In this document: positions 1 to 9,043 of the stretch, in pieces
Position numbering within the stretch: position 1 is the stretch's first letter
Layout: every line of letters starts with the position of its first letter
Origin: Acutalibacteraceae bacterium
GTDB taxonomy: Bacteria; Bacillota; Clostridia; Oscillospirales; Acutalibacteraceae
Direction of reading: 5' to 3'
Assembly (NCBI GenBank): GCA_045651865.1
Contig: JAZRTC010000021.1
Location: 2,065-66,064 of the forward strand
Length of the DNA stretch: 64,000 nucleotides
Notes under the pieces: model-generated
The model's database searches: none
Told to the model about the DNA's origin: nothing
What the model saw: only the letters and a program-made list of their open reading frames with translations
Made by a program: the position numbers and the translations under genes

Positions 1-2
1 AC

Positions 3-1781
3 TTTGACAGCACCAAGCTGGAACTGGTGGCCGTCAATGATGATGCTGCCAACCCCTATGTCAGCGATGTCGATTACAGCTTCTTCAACGGTCTTATCAG
101 CTCGAAGATCATGAATGACGGCACACTCCGCGTCGGCTTTGCAACGGGCTACAAAGGCAAGAGCGTTGGTGCGCAGTTCTTCACGCTGACCTTCAGGGTG
201 ATCGCGGAGGACGCGGGCGAAGCAACAATCGGCCTGACGGTCAAAGAGGCTTATGCCGACAAGGGTGACGGTGAGTATGAGCCGCTCGTAGAGGCGGTTG
301 ACGGTGCAATCGTCTACACCAAACCGACCACCACGACGACGACTACCACCACTACTACCACTACCACTACTACTACAACCACCACGACCACGACTATCAC
401 CACAACAACCGTTACCGAGCCGACTGCTTCCACCACGATGCCGTCGGTCAACGGTACCGAAATGATCTTCTCTGTCGTGTCTGCTGAAGATGTTATCTAC
501 ACCGACGATGTGTTTGCGGTTGAGATTCTGATGAACAGCAATGTCGGCACGACCAACTTCGGTATGACGGTCAGCTTTGACAGCAAGGTGCTGACTCCTG
601 TGGCGGTTGACGGCGAATGGGCTTCCTGGAACCACGAGGTTCTCGGTGCGGCATCGCCCAGCCGTATGTTTGCTGCTAACTACAACGGCGGCGACGAAAT
701 CTATCTTGCCTATGTCTCGGCAGCAGGCAATTCCGACACCAAGGGTGTTATTGCGACAGTGTACTTTAAGCTGAACACTGATTGCCTTGAAAACGCGGCT
801 TCTGCAACCTCCACCATCTCGGTATTCACCGACGATGTTTGCTACGAGGATAAGGTCAACGGCGATCGTCATGACATCGCCTATCCGTCCAATGTCACCT
901 TCGTTGACGACACGGTGACGGCGTACCATTCCGTGACGGTGGAATATGTCACGAACGACGGTGTGATCCACAAGGTTACTGTGCCGAATACGGGCGCTGA
1001 GTTGGAAATTCCGAATCCTCCCGAGGATCCCAGAGAGTTCAACTACTCGTTCATTGGCTGGGAGACCGCCTATGTGGATCCGAACACGGTTCAGAAGACA
1101 GCGATCTTCGGTTATGTGATTGAAGTCAATGGCGGCGTAATCGACGACGCTTCTGTGGCGGATGAAGACCACTGGCTTGAGAAGTACACCAAGGCTTACT
1201 TCAACACCAAGAGCGCGTATCACCCCGAGCAGATTCTCGGCTACGACGCTTATGCAACGATTGTGGCAAACGAAGCTCCCGAGGGTATGGTCTTTGCTTA
1301 CTGGCAGGATCAGCACGGCAACATCGTGTCCTATGAGTCGACCTACAACTTCTTCGTCCCCGGCAATCTCACATTGACGGCTGTCTACGCAGACAAAGCA
1401 CCCGAGCATAAGCCGAGCGTTTCGATGCAGATTGTCCGCGGTGTCTACAATGCCGATGCGGATAACGGTGCGATTACTTGGGTTGCGGCGCTTAACCGTG
1501 GCAACACCGAGAAGTATGAAGTGGTCGATTGCGGTATCGTTTACGGCCCGAATGCGGATTACGATCTGCTTGTCAGCGAGGATGCTACCTGGACTCGCCG
1601 CATCAAAGCATCGGCGGTGTCGGCAGGCTCGGCGCAGTATTCGATCAAGGTCACGGAGATTGCAAACGGCAAGAGCCGCTCGGCAATTGCCTACGCAGTT
1701 TACAAAGATCTTGAGACGGGTGAGAGATTCACCATCTACAGCTCGTCGATGTTGACGCTGACAATGTCAGAAACACTTTGA
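3..1781 (+). CDS. Cell-surface protein with cohesin-like modules and poly-Thr linker (5' end outside window)
   Basis: Frame is open from the window edge (track ORF 27..1781). It shows the end of a cohesin-like module (TLTFRVIAEDAGEATIGLTV), a 28-residue Thr linker, then a second cohesin-like module (VFAVEILMNSNVGTTNFGMTVSFDSKVLTPVAV). Confidence 0.6.
   Translation, partial: FDSTKLELVAVNDDAANPYVSDVDYSFFNGLISSKIMNDGTLRVGFATGYKGKSVGAQFFTLTFRVIAEDAGEATIGLTVKEAYADKGDGEYEPLVEAVDGAIVYTKPTTTTTTTTTTTTTTTTTTTTTTTITTTTVTEPTASTTMPSVNGTEMIFSVVSAEDVIYTDDVFAVEILMNSNVGTTNFGMTVSFDSKVLTPVAVDGEWASWNHEVLGAASPSRMFAANYNGGDEIYLAYVSAAGNSDTKGVIATVYFKLNTDCLENAASATSTISVFTDDVCYEDKVNGDRHDIAYPSNVTFVDDTVTAYHSVTVEYVTNDGVIHKVTVPNTGAELEIPNPPEDPREFNYSFIGWETAYVDPNTVQKTAIFGYVIEVNGGVIDDASVADEDHWLEKYTKAYFNTKSAYHPEQILGYDAYATIVANEAPEGMVFAYWQDQHGNIVSYESTYNFFVPGNLTLTAVYADKAPEHKPSVSMQIVRGVYNADADNGAITWVAALNRGNTEKYEVVDCGIVYGPNADYDLLVSEDATWTRRIKASAVSAGSAQYSIKVTEIANGKSRSAIAYAVYKDLETGERFTIYSSSMLTLTMSETL
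327..410 (+). repeat. ACN-codon low-complexity tract encoding the poly-Thr linker
   Basis: Residues 101-128 of the track ORF are T23-I-T4, encoded by mixed ACC/ACG/ACT/ACA codons. Confidence 0.9.
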
Positions 1782-1800
1782 AAAAGGGAGGTAATGCAAA

Positions 1801-1938
1801 ATGAAACAGATTTATGAAGCTCCCGAAATGGAGATCCGCTGGTTTGAATCGGAAAATATCTGTGCTATCAGTAATCAGGAGGACGGTACAGATTACATCC
1901 CCGAGACTAACGGTGGCAAAGATGTTTTCGGCTGGTAA
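1801..1938 (+). CDS. Small ORF (45 aa), unknown function
   Basis: ATG at 1801 is preceded by AAGGGAGG at about 8 nt. It translates to MKQIYEAPEMEIRWFESENICAISNQEDGTDYIPETNGGKDVFGW, stops at 1936-1938 and is followed directly by a terminator. It is below the ORF-track size cutoff. Confidence 0.4.
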   Translation: MKQIYEAPEMEIRWFESENICAISNQEDGTDYIPETNGGKDVFGW

Positions 1939-1951
1939 TTGACACAACAAA

Positions 1952-1987
1952 AGAGCCGTTCCACATTTTGTGGAACGGCTCTTTTTC
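1952..1987. terminator. Bidirectional rho-independent terminator
   Basis: Perfect 14-bp stem AGAGCCGTTCCACA / TGTGGAACGGCTCT with a T-run on the + side and an A-run on the other. It lies between convergent genes. Confidence 0.8.
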
Positions 1988-1993
1988 TGTTTA

Positions 1994-2890
1994 TTACACC
2001 TTGCGCGGGGCATATTGCCAGTCGGTGATGCGGTCGCCGTCCGTGAAATAGCGAAGCGGTGCCGGTTTGCCGACAGGATCGTGCGTGTCAATGATGATCA
2101 GTTTGATCTTCATTTTACCGGGCAGAATGCTCTTGATAAACACGCCTGCCGTTTGCCCGACCCGTGCACCCTCAAACGGTTCGGCAAGTCCTGCGAGGTT
2201 GGGAGTGAGCTCCACAAATATGCCGTATGGCTCAATGGAGCGGATGGTGCCGAGTACCGTTTCACCCTGCGAAAACAAGGCGGCATTTTCCTCCCAGGTC
2301 CCCAAAAGCTCTCTGAGCGATAAACAGATGCGTCCTTCCTCAAGGGAAGTCACCATGCAGTGAAGCAAATCGCCGACGGACACGCGGTCACGCGGGTGAG
2401 AGATGCGGCTGACCGACATACACGCAATGGGCAACAGCGCCACCGACCCGCAGCCGATATCGCAAAATGCGCCGAAACTTTCCAGCCGTGTGACCCGTGC
2501 AGGGATGACATCGCCGATGGCAAGCTGAGACAAAAAGCGTTCTTTGCAAAGCTGTTGTGCGCGTCGACGGGAGAGCAGGGCGCGCGTGTGCCCGTCAGGC
2601 ATCGTTTCAACATCGGATACGACAAAACTGACGGGTTTGCCGACGCGTGACAGCAGGGCAATATCGCGCACGGTGCCTTCGGCAATGCCGATAGCGCCCT
2701 CGTTGTGCGGGATGATCCCTTCCATACAGGGGAGTTCCACGCGCAAGTTGTGTTCGCTGTCACACATCACCGCGCGCGCCTCCAATATATCTTCGTGCTC
2801 CTTGGCGGCAAGCAGTCGGGTCATATCGCTCACAGCCGCACGGTTTTTCGGAGTATCCATCAGGATTCCTTCGGGAACATAACTTCTCAT
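1994..2890 (-). CDS. S1 RNA-binding domain protein
   Basis: 298-aa ORF with two S1-like segments (GDVIPARVTRLESFGAFCDIG; GETVLGTIRSIEPYGIFVELTPN). It lies downstream of yqfC-yqfD on the same strand. Confidence 0.7.
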   Translation of the reverse strand: MRSYVPEGILMDTPKNRAAVSDMTRLLAAKEHEDILEARAVMCDSEHNLRVELPCMEGIIPHNEGAIGIAEGTVRDIALLSRVGKPVSFVVSDVETMPDGHTRALLSRRRAQQLCKERFLSQLAIGDVIPARVTRLESFGAFCDIGCGSVALLPIACMSVSRISHPRDRVSVGDLLHCMVTSLEEGRICLSLRELLGTWEENAALFSQGETVLGTIRSIEPYGIFVELTPNLAGLAEPFEGARVGQTAGVFIKSILPGKMKIKLIIIDTHDPVGKPAPLRYFTDGDRITDWQYAPRKV

Positions 2891-2921
2891 AATCTCTTCG
2901 GTCCTTTCTGTCGGTTTGTAA

Positions 2922-4103
2922 TCAGTTGCCCGTCAGGATTAAGGGCACTTCTTTGGCAATGTCTTGTGTGCATTGATACTCTGCACGAAGGCGATAGATA
3001 TCGCCTTCCCAGCATCCTTCCAACCTCACATCGCGGATCTGTGCATCGGCAAGCTGTGCCTGCGCACGCGTTTCGAGCCGTGTTTTTGCGATCTGTTCGG
3101 CTTGCTCGCGGGTGTAAGTCGTCTCGGTCATAACGCGCTCTGTGTACAGTTCGCTTTCAATGCCTACGGGCAGTGTAGTGCCAAACAGCGAGAGAAAACG
3201 CTTGTGCGAGGTAACGGTCCACTCCTCATCGAAAGCCGCTCTGCTGTAAAGCGGCACGCGCCACGAGAGGATGCAGAGTGACGGTTGTTCAATGCGTCGA
3301 CCGTCACGCGAAACCAGCTCGGTCAGGCGTACGGTTTCCTCAAAGCAATGTGTTGTTTCGGCAAGAACGACCGCGCTTGCGTGGCGAAGCAGGGTGCCTT
3401 TTTCGGTCTCCACCGCACCGCACACCAGTAAATCTCCTTTGATCACAGCTTCGCCTGCCATCACAAGTGGTGTACCGACGGTGGCACGCATCGTGATAAC
3501 GCGTCCGTCGGCGGCGGCAACGATGTTGGCGGGAGATTTATCGGGCGGAACGGCACTGGTCTTTTGTAATTGTACATCAACACGGGCGATACTTCCGTCG
3601 AAATAAAGGGACAGCTGATTGATTTCTTTGATTTCGCCGATGGCGTGCATTCTCACCGACGGCACATCGACATTGTTCATCCGTGTTCCGATTGCAACGC
3701 CATCTTGTGCAAGCTGTGCTTCAATGCGGGCGGCAAGCACGGGGTCCTCCACGCCGATATCCATAATCCAGATCCGACTGCCTAAAACCATATACAGCGC
3801 CACCGCAAGTGCCGCGCCGACAAATAACCCGGGACGCCTTACAAGCGGTCTTGCCGCAAACGGCAGCCCGCGTTTTTGCTGTGCGCGTACCCGTGTGCCC
3901 GTGCGCCGTGCGGGTACGCGCAAGCGGGGATAATCCTCCGCGCGACAGCAAAGCGTAATCGCACCGTCGCCGCGGCGGATGTTCCATACATTCAGCGGCG
4001 GATCCAGTTCTCCGAGCAGACTCAGAAAGCGCTCGCACAAACCGCCTTCGGCGCGGAGTGTGACTGTGCCGCGCACCCAGCGCCACGCATTCCAGACCAG
4101 CAT
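2922..4103 (-). CDS. yqfD: Sporulation protein YqfD
   Basis: Start moved to M12 (MLVWNAWRWVRGTVTLRAEGGLCERFLSLL), 4 nt after the yqfC stop. It has a central TM segment, and the YqfD-type N-terminus plus position after yqfC support the call. Confidence 0.7.
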   Translation of the reverse strand: MLVWNAWRWVRGTVTLRAEGGLCERFLSLLGELDPPLNVWNIRRGDGAITLCCRAEDYPRLRVPARRTGTRVRAQQKRGLPFAARPLVRRPGLFVGAALAVALYMVLGSRIWIMDIGVEDPVLAARIEAQLAQDGVAIGTRMNNVDVPSVRMHAIGEIKEINQLSLYFDGSIARVDVQLQKTSAVPPDKSPANIVAAADGRVITMRATVGTPLVMAGEAVIKGDLLVCGAVETEKGTLLRHASAVVLAETTHCFEETVRLTELVSRDGRRIEQPSLCILSWRVPLYSRAAFDEEWTVTSHKRFLSLFGTTLPVGIESELYTERVMTETTYTREQAEQIAKTRLETRAQAQLADAQIRDVRLEGCWEGDIYRLRAEYQCTQDIAKEVPLILTGN

Positions 4104-4107
4104 TCTC

Positions 4108-4368
4108 TCACCCCAGTTCCACCGATAATACAGCACCGCTTACCGCGATGCTGTTGCTGTGAAGATCGTCCAGCACCAGACGGTCGCCGCGGATGCGCAC
4201 CTCCCCCGAACGCGTATGCAACCGCACCAGCATCGGTTCATATTCGCGGATCTCACAGGTTCCTGTCACGATCACCTGCCGCGTCCCGTCAATTTCAATT
4301 CTCGCTTCGCCCGATAAGGCACCCGAAGGCAGTTCCAGCAGATGCTCGGCGCGTTGAGTCAGTCCCAT
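4108..4368 (-). CDS. yqfC: Sporulation protein YqfC
   Basis: Start moved to M31 (MGLTQRAEHLLELPSGALSGEARIEIDG...) with an AGAGGTG RBS. Small YqfC-like protein directly upstream of yqfD. Confidence 0.7.
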   Translation of the reverse strand: MGLTQRAEHLLELPSGALSGEARIEIDGTRQVIVTGTCEIREYEPMLVRLHTRSGEVRIRGDRLVLDDLHSNSIAVSGAVLSVELG

Positions 4369-4476
4369 AGGCAACACCTCTTTGCAAATGTATGTGACGA
4401 CCCGAGGAATAATGCCAACGGACAAGGCGTATATATGTGGTGCGGCGACCCAAACCATCTGAGGAGGTGTGACCCG

Positions 4477-5571
4477 ATGCGTATAAAACGGTGGCTGTTG
4501 CTGATCGGGTGTATCGTGGCGGCGGTGTTGTTGCTGATGTTTCCGCAGGCGGTGCAGACAGGTGTACGCCGTGGATTAGCCATCTGCGGGAACATCCTCA
4601 TTCCATCGTTATTTCCGTTTCTGGTACTGTCGGGATTCTGGATCCGCAGTGGACTGGCAAGCGGTGTCGGACGACGGATGACCCCGTTGATGCGGCATTT
4701 GTTCGGTTTTTCGGGCAGTGCCGCCGCGGCAATGGTGATCGCACTGATCGGCGGCTATCCTGCAGGAGCGAATGCGGTCGCACAACTGTGTGAGCAGGGC
4801 GAACTGGAGCAAGCCGAGGCAAAACGCCTGCTTCGATGCTGTGTCTGTGCAGGCCCCGCTTTTATCATCGGGGGCATTGGGGTCGGGATGCTCGGCTCGG
4901 TTGAGGCGGGTGTGCGGTTGCTTGTCGCACATTGGCTGGCATTTTTGCTGGTAGCGCTGACCGAACGAAGCCATAGCACACCTTGCAAAGTGCGCGGCAC
5001 AGTGGCAGAGTCGGTCGGTGCCGCCGTGGCACAAAGTGTCCACGGAGCGGCACAGTCCTTGCTGTCTATGTGCGGGTTTGTCCTGCTCGCGTCGGGGATA
5101 TTATCGCTGGCAGATGCACTGGGCGGCATGTCGTTGCCGCCTGTATGGCGATGTATCTTCGCGTGCGTAGCAGAGGTCAGTACAGGGTGTGTGGAAGCAG
5201 CGGAAATGGGGCGGACAATGCCGTTTTTTCTCGGTGCGGCGCTCGGGTTTGGCGGCTTATCTGTACACGGTCAGATTGCGGCGCGCACGGCGACGCTCGG
5301 GTTGATGGGTCGCGGCTTTTTTCGCACCCGCCTGCTTCATGCGTTGTTCGGTGGATGTCTGTCGGTACTTGCCTTTTGGAAATGGATGCCGACGGGTGTG
5401 CCGTCTTTGGTGGCGCTGTCGGCGTATGCCCCTGAAAATTCTGCGGTCGGCATGAGCGGGCTGGCGGCAATGATGGTGATGTGCGCATTGTTTTTGTATA
5501 CCTTACCTCGTCATACTACAACATGTAGTAGCGTGCGCGGAGGAAAAAATGACAAACAGGAAAAACTATGA
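4477..5571 (+). CDS. ylbJ: Sporulation integral membrane protein YlbJ-like (nucleoside-recognition/Gate type)
   Basis: ATG at 4477 lies behind a GAGGAGG RBS. Polytopic membrane protein (MRIKRWLLLIGCIVAAVLLLMFPQAVQTGVRRGLAICGNILIPSLFPFLVL). Confidence 0.6.
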   Translation: MRIKRWLLLIGCIVAAVLLLMFPQAVQTGVRRGLAICGNILIPSLFPFLVLSGFWIRSGLASGVGRRMTPLMRHLFGFSGSAAAAMVIALIGGYPAGANAVAQLCEQGELEQAEAKRLLRCCVCAGPAFIIGGIGVGMLGSVEAGVRLLVAHWLAFLLVALTERSHSTPCKVRGTVAESVGAAVAQSVHGAAQSLLSMCGFVLLASGILSLADALGGMSLPPVWRCIFACVAEVSTGCVEAAEMGRTMPFFLGAALGFGGLSVHGQIAARTATLGLMGRGFFRTRLLHALFGGCLSVLAFWKWMPTGVPSLVALSAYAPENSAVGMSGLAAMMVMCALFLYTLPRHTTTCSSVRGGKNDKQEKL

Positions 5572-5682
5572 AAATTTCGAAATATTTTTAAAAAAGACTG
5601 GATTTTTTGGGCATTGTGTGCTATTCTTAATCTGTATGGGAGGCAAATTCCCGCACTATATATTTCTAAGGAGGAAAAAACC

Positions 5683-7137
5683 ATGAAGAAAACTCTTCTC
5701 AGCATCGTGCTGTGCGTAGCGCTGCTTGCTTCGTTTGCTTGCGTCGCTGTTTCCGCAGAGTCGAAGCCGACTCCTGTCGACGGCACGATGGACTTCTCTC
5801 TGTTGCCCGGCGCGGCAGCAGACTTCACCACCCAGGATGGCGGCGAAGGCAAGGTTACTGTTTCCAAGAACGATAACGGCAGCTTCACCTTCAAGGCTGA
5901 CAAGGGTTGGCCCTGCGCATACAACACCGGCGCGGTCACCGAGTCCGACAAGTGGGCAAATGTCGACTTCACGAAGGATGTGTACCTGAACTTTGATTTC
6001 CAGGTCAAGTCCGGTGCGGCTAAGCTTGTTGTCTATTTCTGCGGCCAGAACCCGCAGGATATGGCGGCAGTCGGCAACTATTTCGATGTGAACGCTGCAA
6101 TCCTCAAGAATTATCAGCTGGCATACGGCGGCACGCAGGACGATGTGGGTGTCGGCATGTACCAGGGTTCGGTCAACCTGAAAGATCTGTATGTCGATGT
6201 CGACATGACGAAGGAAGCCTACATCAACCCCGATCTGGTTGTTGAAGGCAAAAACGGCGATATGTACTCCTATGTCTCCGGCTTCAAAGTGTTTGCTGTC
6301 GGCGGCGAGGTCATCCTGAACGATGTTTCTATCGGTAAGGCGAAGTACGGCGAGCCCAAGATGGTCTATAAAACGCTCAACCTTCTCACCAACGGTTCGT
6401 CCAACGGCACCGACGGCGAGTCCGAAGTGACCTTTGCTGACGGCACCTACACCGTCAAGGTTAACAAGGGCTTCGACGGCACCAACGCTTACGGTATGCA
6501 AGTGATGGCAGGCCTGAAGGACTTCAACCTCGGCGATACCACCAACCTGCATTTCGCGATCGAGTCCGACACCCCGTGGCGTCTGACCCTCCGCGATGCT
6601 GAGATCGACAAGTGGTTCGGTTTCGGTGCAAACTTCGCAACGGTTGTGGATAAGAGCGGTGCTGAGAAGTCCCCCGAGTCTGACACCGGTTTCTATCCCG
6701 CAGGCACCTATGAGCTCTGCGTGGATTACGGCAGCATCTACACTTGGAATGCCAACAACGGCGCTCCCGAGTTTGATGTGACCAGCGCAAGCCTTGACGG
6801 CATTTTCATTGAGGCGAAGAACCCCGGCACCATGAACATCAGCACCCTGAAGCTCAGCGGCGAGAATAAGTTCTCTGCAACTGCCGGTACCTTCACCGAT
6901 AAGGGCGCCAGCAACGATGATGTCGTGGAGCAAGACGGTCAGACCGGCGAGACCATCCCCGCTGGCCAGCAGGGCGCAAGCGGCAACACCACCACCAAGA
7001 ACAACGGCGGCGCTGCCGGCGGCAACTCTGCCAACACCGGCGATGTGAGCGATGCTGCTCTGTTCATCGTTGTGGCGGCTGCAGCTGCTGCGGTTGTGAC
7101 TCTGTCTGCTGTTTCCAAGAAGGCAAAGTCCCGCTAA
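5683..7137 (+). CDS. Secreted protein with C-terminal membrane anchor, unknown function
   Basis: AAGGAGG RBS, a signal peptide (MKKTLLSIVLCVALLASFACVAVSAES), and a C-terminal TM plus basic tail (AALFIVVAAAAAAVVTLSAVSKKAKSR). Confidence 0.7.
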   Translation: MKKTLLSIVLCVALLASFACVAVSAESKPTPVDGTMDFSLLPGAAADFTTQDGGEGKVTVSKNDNGSFTFKADKGWPCAYNTGAVTESDKWANVDFTKDVYLNFDFQVKSGAAKLVVYFCGQNPQDMAAVGNYFDVNAAILKNYQLAYGGTQDDVGVGMYQGSVNLKDLYVDVDMTKEAYINPDLVVEGKNGDMYSYVSGFKVFAVGGEVILNDVSIGKAKYGEPKMVYKTLNLLTNGSSNGTDGESEVTFADGTYTVKVNKGFDGTNAYGMQVMAGLKDFNLGDTTNLHFAIESDTPWRLTLRDAEIDKWFGFGANFATVVDKSGAEKSPESDTGFYPAGTYELCVDYGSIYTWNANNGAPEFDVTSASLDGIFIEAKNPGTMNISTLKLSGENKFSATAGTFTDKGASNDDVVEQDGQTGETIPAGQQGASGNTTTKNNGGAAGGNSANTGDVSDAALFIVVAAAAAAVVTLSAVSKKAKSR

Positions 7138-7157
7138 TCGAATCTTTCGATAATCCA

Positions 7158-7196
7158 AAGACCGTAGGGTAAACCCCTACGGTCTTTTCTTTTTTG
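7158..7196 (+). terminator. Rho-independent terminator
   Basis: Stem AAGACCGTAGGG / CCCTACGGTCTT followed by a T-run. Confidence 0.8.
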
Positions 7197-7367
7197 CGTT
7201 TCACCTGTGGGCGGCAGGCTGATCCCACGATGGAAATTCCACTAACCCATCGCAGGGATCGGCGTCCTCGACGCTCCGCAGATTTGCGATAAGGTTGTCG
7301 CATATAAATACAACAACAGCCGTTGTTCATTCCTGAACAACGGCTGTTGCGTTTTGTCTTATGGGTT

Positions 7368-7658
7368 TCAATCGTGCGGAGTGGCATCCATATCAAACGA
7401 TATAATGTTACCGGTCTTCACATCAATTTCGTATTCGTATTCGGTGCCGTCTTTGAAAAAGCTGACATCGTAATGCAGCTTGCCGTCCTCACGGTCTGGA
7501 CGAACGCTCAGGTATTGTACGGCTTCGGCGGTGGTATTGGCTTCTTGCAGTGCAATATCCTGCGCCTGCTGGGCAGAGATCTTCGCCACAGCATTACAAG
7601 ACGGTAACAGTACGGCCGCAACCGCCGCCAGAGCAATCATTTGCAAACGCCTTTTCAT
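7368..7658 (-). CDS. PepSY domain lipoprotein
   Basis: Start at M12 with an AAAGGAG RBS. Signal/lipobox (LLPSC), then a PepSY-like segment (KISAQQAQDIALQEAN...YEYEIDVKTGNIISFD). Confidence 0.65.
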   Translation of the reverse strand: MKRRLQMIALAAVAAVLLPSCNAVAKISAQQAQDIALQEANTTAEAVQYLSVRPDREDGKLHYDVSFFKDGTEYEYEIDVKTGNIISFDMDATPHD

Positions 7659-7776
7659 CGTGTCATCTCCTTTCGTACGGTTAAAGCGCAAAGGCGCGGA
7701 AAGCAGACTTTCCGCGCCTTTATCATCTTACCCAAAAAGTCTGTACAATAAACAGCTTTTTATTATTTCACAAAAC

Positions 7777-8364
7777 TTACTTGAAGTAACGCTCCAGCAG
7801 ACCCTTCAGCGCCTTGCCGTGGCGAGCTTCATCGCGAGCCATCTCATGCACGGTGTCGTGGATAGCATCCAGACCGTTCTTCTTCGCGCAGAGAGCGAGA
7901 TCCGTCTTGCCCTGCGTTGCGCCGAACTCACAGTCAACACGCCATGCGAGGTTCGCTTTGGTGGAAGCGCTCATGTTGGGCTCCAGCGTCGAACCGAGAA
8001 GCTCCGCAAACTTTGCCGCGTGCTCCGCCTCTTCGTAAGCCGCCTTTTCCCAGTACAGACCGATCTCGGGATAACCCTCGCGGTGCGCGATGCGTGCCAT
8101 GCAGAGGTACATACCGACCTCAGAGCATTCGCCGTTGAAGTTTGCCATCAACTGCTCAAGGATATAGGCTTTATCTTCCGCGCTGATGTCGGGGTTGTTC
8201 GCCACGGTCTTCTCGTAGATACCAAACTCGTGCTCAGCGGCAAGCTTCGCATCTTCCGCCATCTCATTGAACTTCGACGCGGGAACACCGCAGGTGGGGC
8301 ACTTCGCGGGTGCTTCGTCACCCGTGTGAACATAACCGCAAACAGAGCATACAAACTTTTTCAT
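7777..8364 (-). CDS. rbr: Rubrerythrin, reverse type (N-terminal rubredoxin-like CxxC..CxxC plus ferritin-like domain)
   Basis: [32 protein letters not shown] followed by a four-helix diiron-type region ([10 protein letters not shown]...DEARHGKAL). GGGAGGAAA RBS. Confidence 0.85.
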   Translation of the reverse strand: MKKFVCSVCGYVHTGDEAPAKCPTCGVPASKFNEMAEDAKLAAEHEFGIYEKTVANNPDISAEDKAYILEQLMANFNGECSEVGMYLCMARIAHREGYPEIGLYWEKAAYEEAEHAAKFAELLGSTLEPNMSASTKANLAWRVDCEFGATQGKTDLALCAKKNGLDAIHDTVHEMARDEARHGKALKGLLERYFK

Positions 8365-8426
8365 AAATCATTTCCTCCCAGAAATTTATTGTTGATGATA
8401 TATTCTTGATCGGCGTCTTGCCGTTT

Positions 8427-8840
8427 TCAAGCATTGGATTGGCAGGTTTTGCAAAGACCTGTGAAGAACACATCCTGCCGTGTGACGGAAAATCCGTCGG
8501 GGATGAACTGTGCGACATCCTTCGCAGGGAAGGTGAAGTCAAAGAGCTGACCGCAGTTTTCACAGCGGCAGTGACCGTGGTCGGCGGCGTCGCCGTCAAA
8601 ATGTTGTTCCATCGGATCGATGGTGACCACGCGGATCAGCCCCGCCTGCATCAGTGCTTTGAGCGAGTTGTAAATCGTGGTGCGGGAAAAGCTGGGGTAT
8701 TGCGGCAGCAACGCTTCATAGATCGCGTCTGCCGAAGGGTGCGTGCGGTGGGTGAGCAGATATTCATACACTGCCAGTCGCTGTGCCGTCGGGCGTACGC
8801 CGTGATCCTGCAACAGCTTCATATAATCCGGGTGGCTCAT
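8427..8840 (-). CDS. perR: Fur-family peroxide regulator (PerR-like)
   Basis: Fur-type wHTH (RPTAQRLAVYEYLLTHRTHPSADAIYEAL) and C-terminal CxxC pairs (HCRCENCGQ; GLCKTCQ). It lies immediately upstream of rubrerythrin. Confidence 0.8.
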   Translation of the reverse strand: MSHPDYMKLLQDHGVRPTAQRLAVYEYLLTHRTHPSADAIYEALLPQYPSFSRTTIYNSLKALMQAGLIRVVTIDPMEQHFDGDAADHGHCRCENCGQLFDFTFPAKDVAQFIPDGFSVTRQDVFFTGLCKTCQSNA

Positions 8841-8872
8841 ACCGCTCGCCTCCTTTTTGTATCGCTTACAAC

Positions 8873-8889
8873 TTTGTATTAATTACAAA
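8873..8889. promoter_or_regulatory. Candidate Fur/PerR-type operator
   Basis: Inverted repeat TTTGTA-ttaat-TACAAA, 33 nt upstream of the perR start in the perR/proC divergent region. Confidence 0.35.
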
Positions 8890-9043
8890 CATAATATAAC
8901 ACAACCAATGCGGGATGTCAATAGGAAAAAGTAAGAAAAATGGAAAATTTTTGAATTTTTTTATTCCCACGCAAAAAGGGGTGGTAATCGCAGACGGTGC
9001 GTGGTATAATGGTATATATGTATATAATAAAGGAGCGAAAAAT

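Noticed and set aside
327-410. Possible tandem repeat or CRISPR-like array (also the GS-coding tract at 59020-59200).
   Set aside because: Both are in-frame coding low complexity (poly-Thr, Gly/Ser). No repeat-spacer periodicity is present anywhere in the window.
4342-4476. N-terminal extension of the ylbJ-like ORF from the track start.
   Set aside because: The extension has no SD and overlaps the divergent yqfC promoter region. The ATG at 4477 has a GAGGAGG RBS and begins a YlbJ-like N-terminus.
5656-7158. 500-aa ORF on the minus strand.
   Set aside because: It exactly mirrors the 5683-7137 gene, which has an RBS, a signal peptide and a terminator. It has no SD and an Ala/Gly/Val/Arg-rich composition typical of antisense frames in GC-rich DNA.
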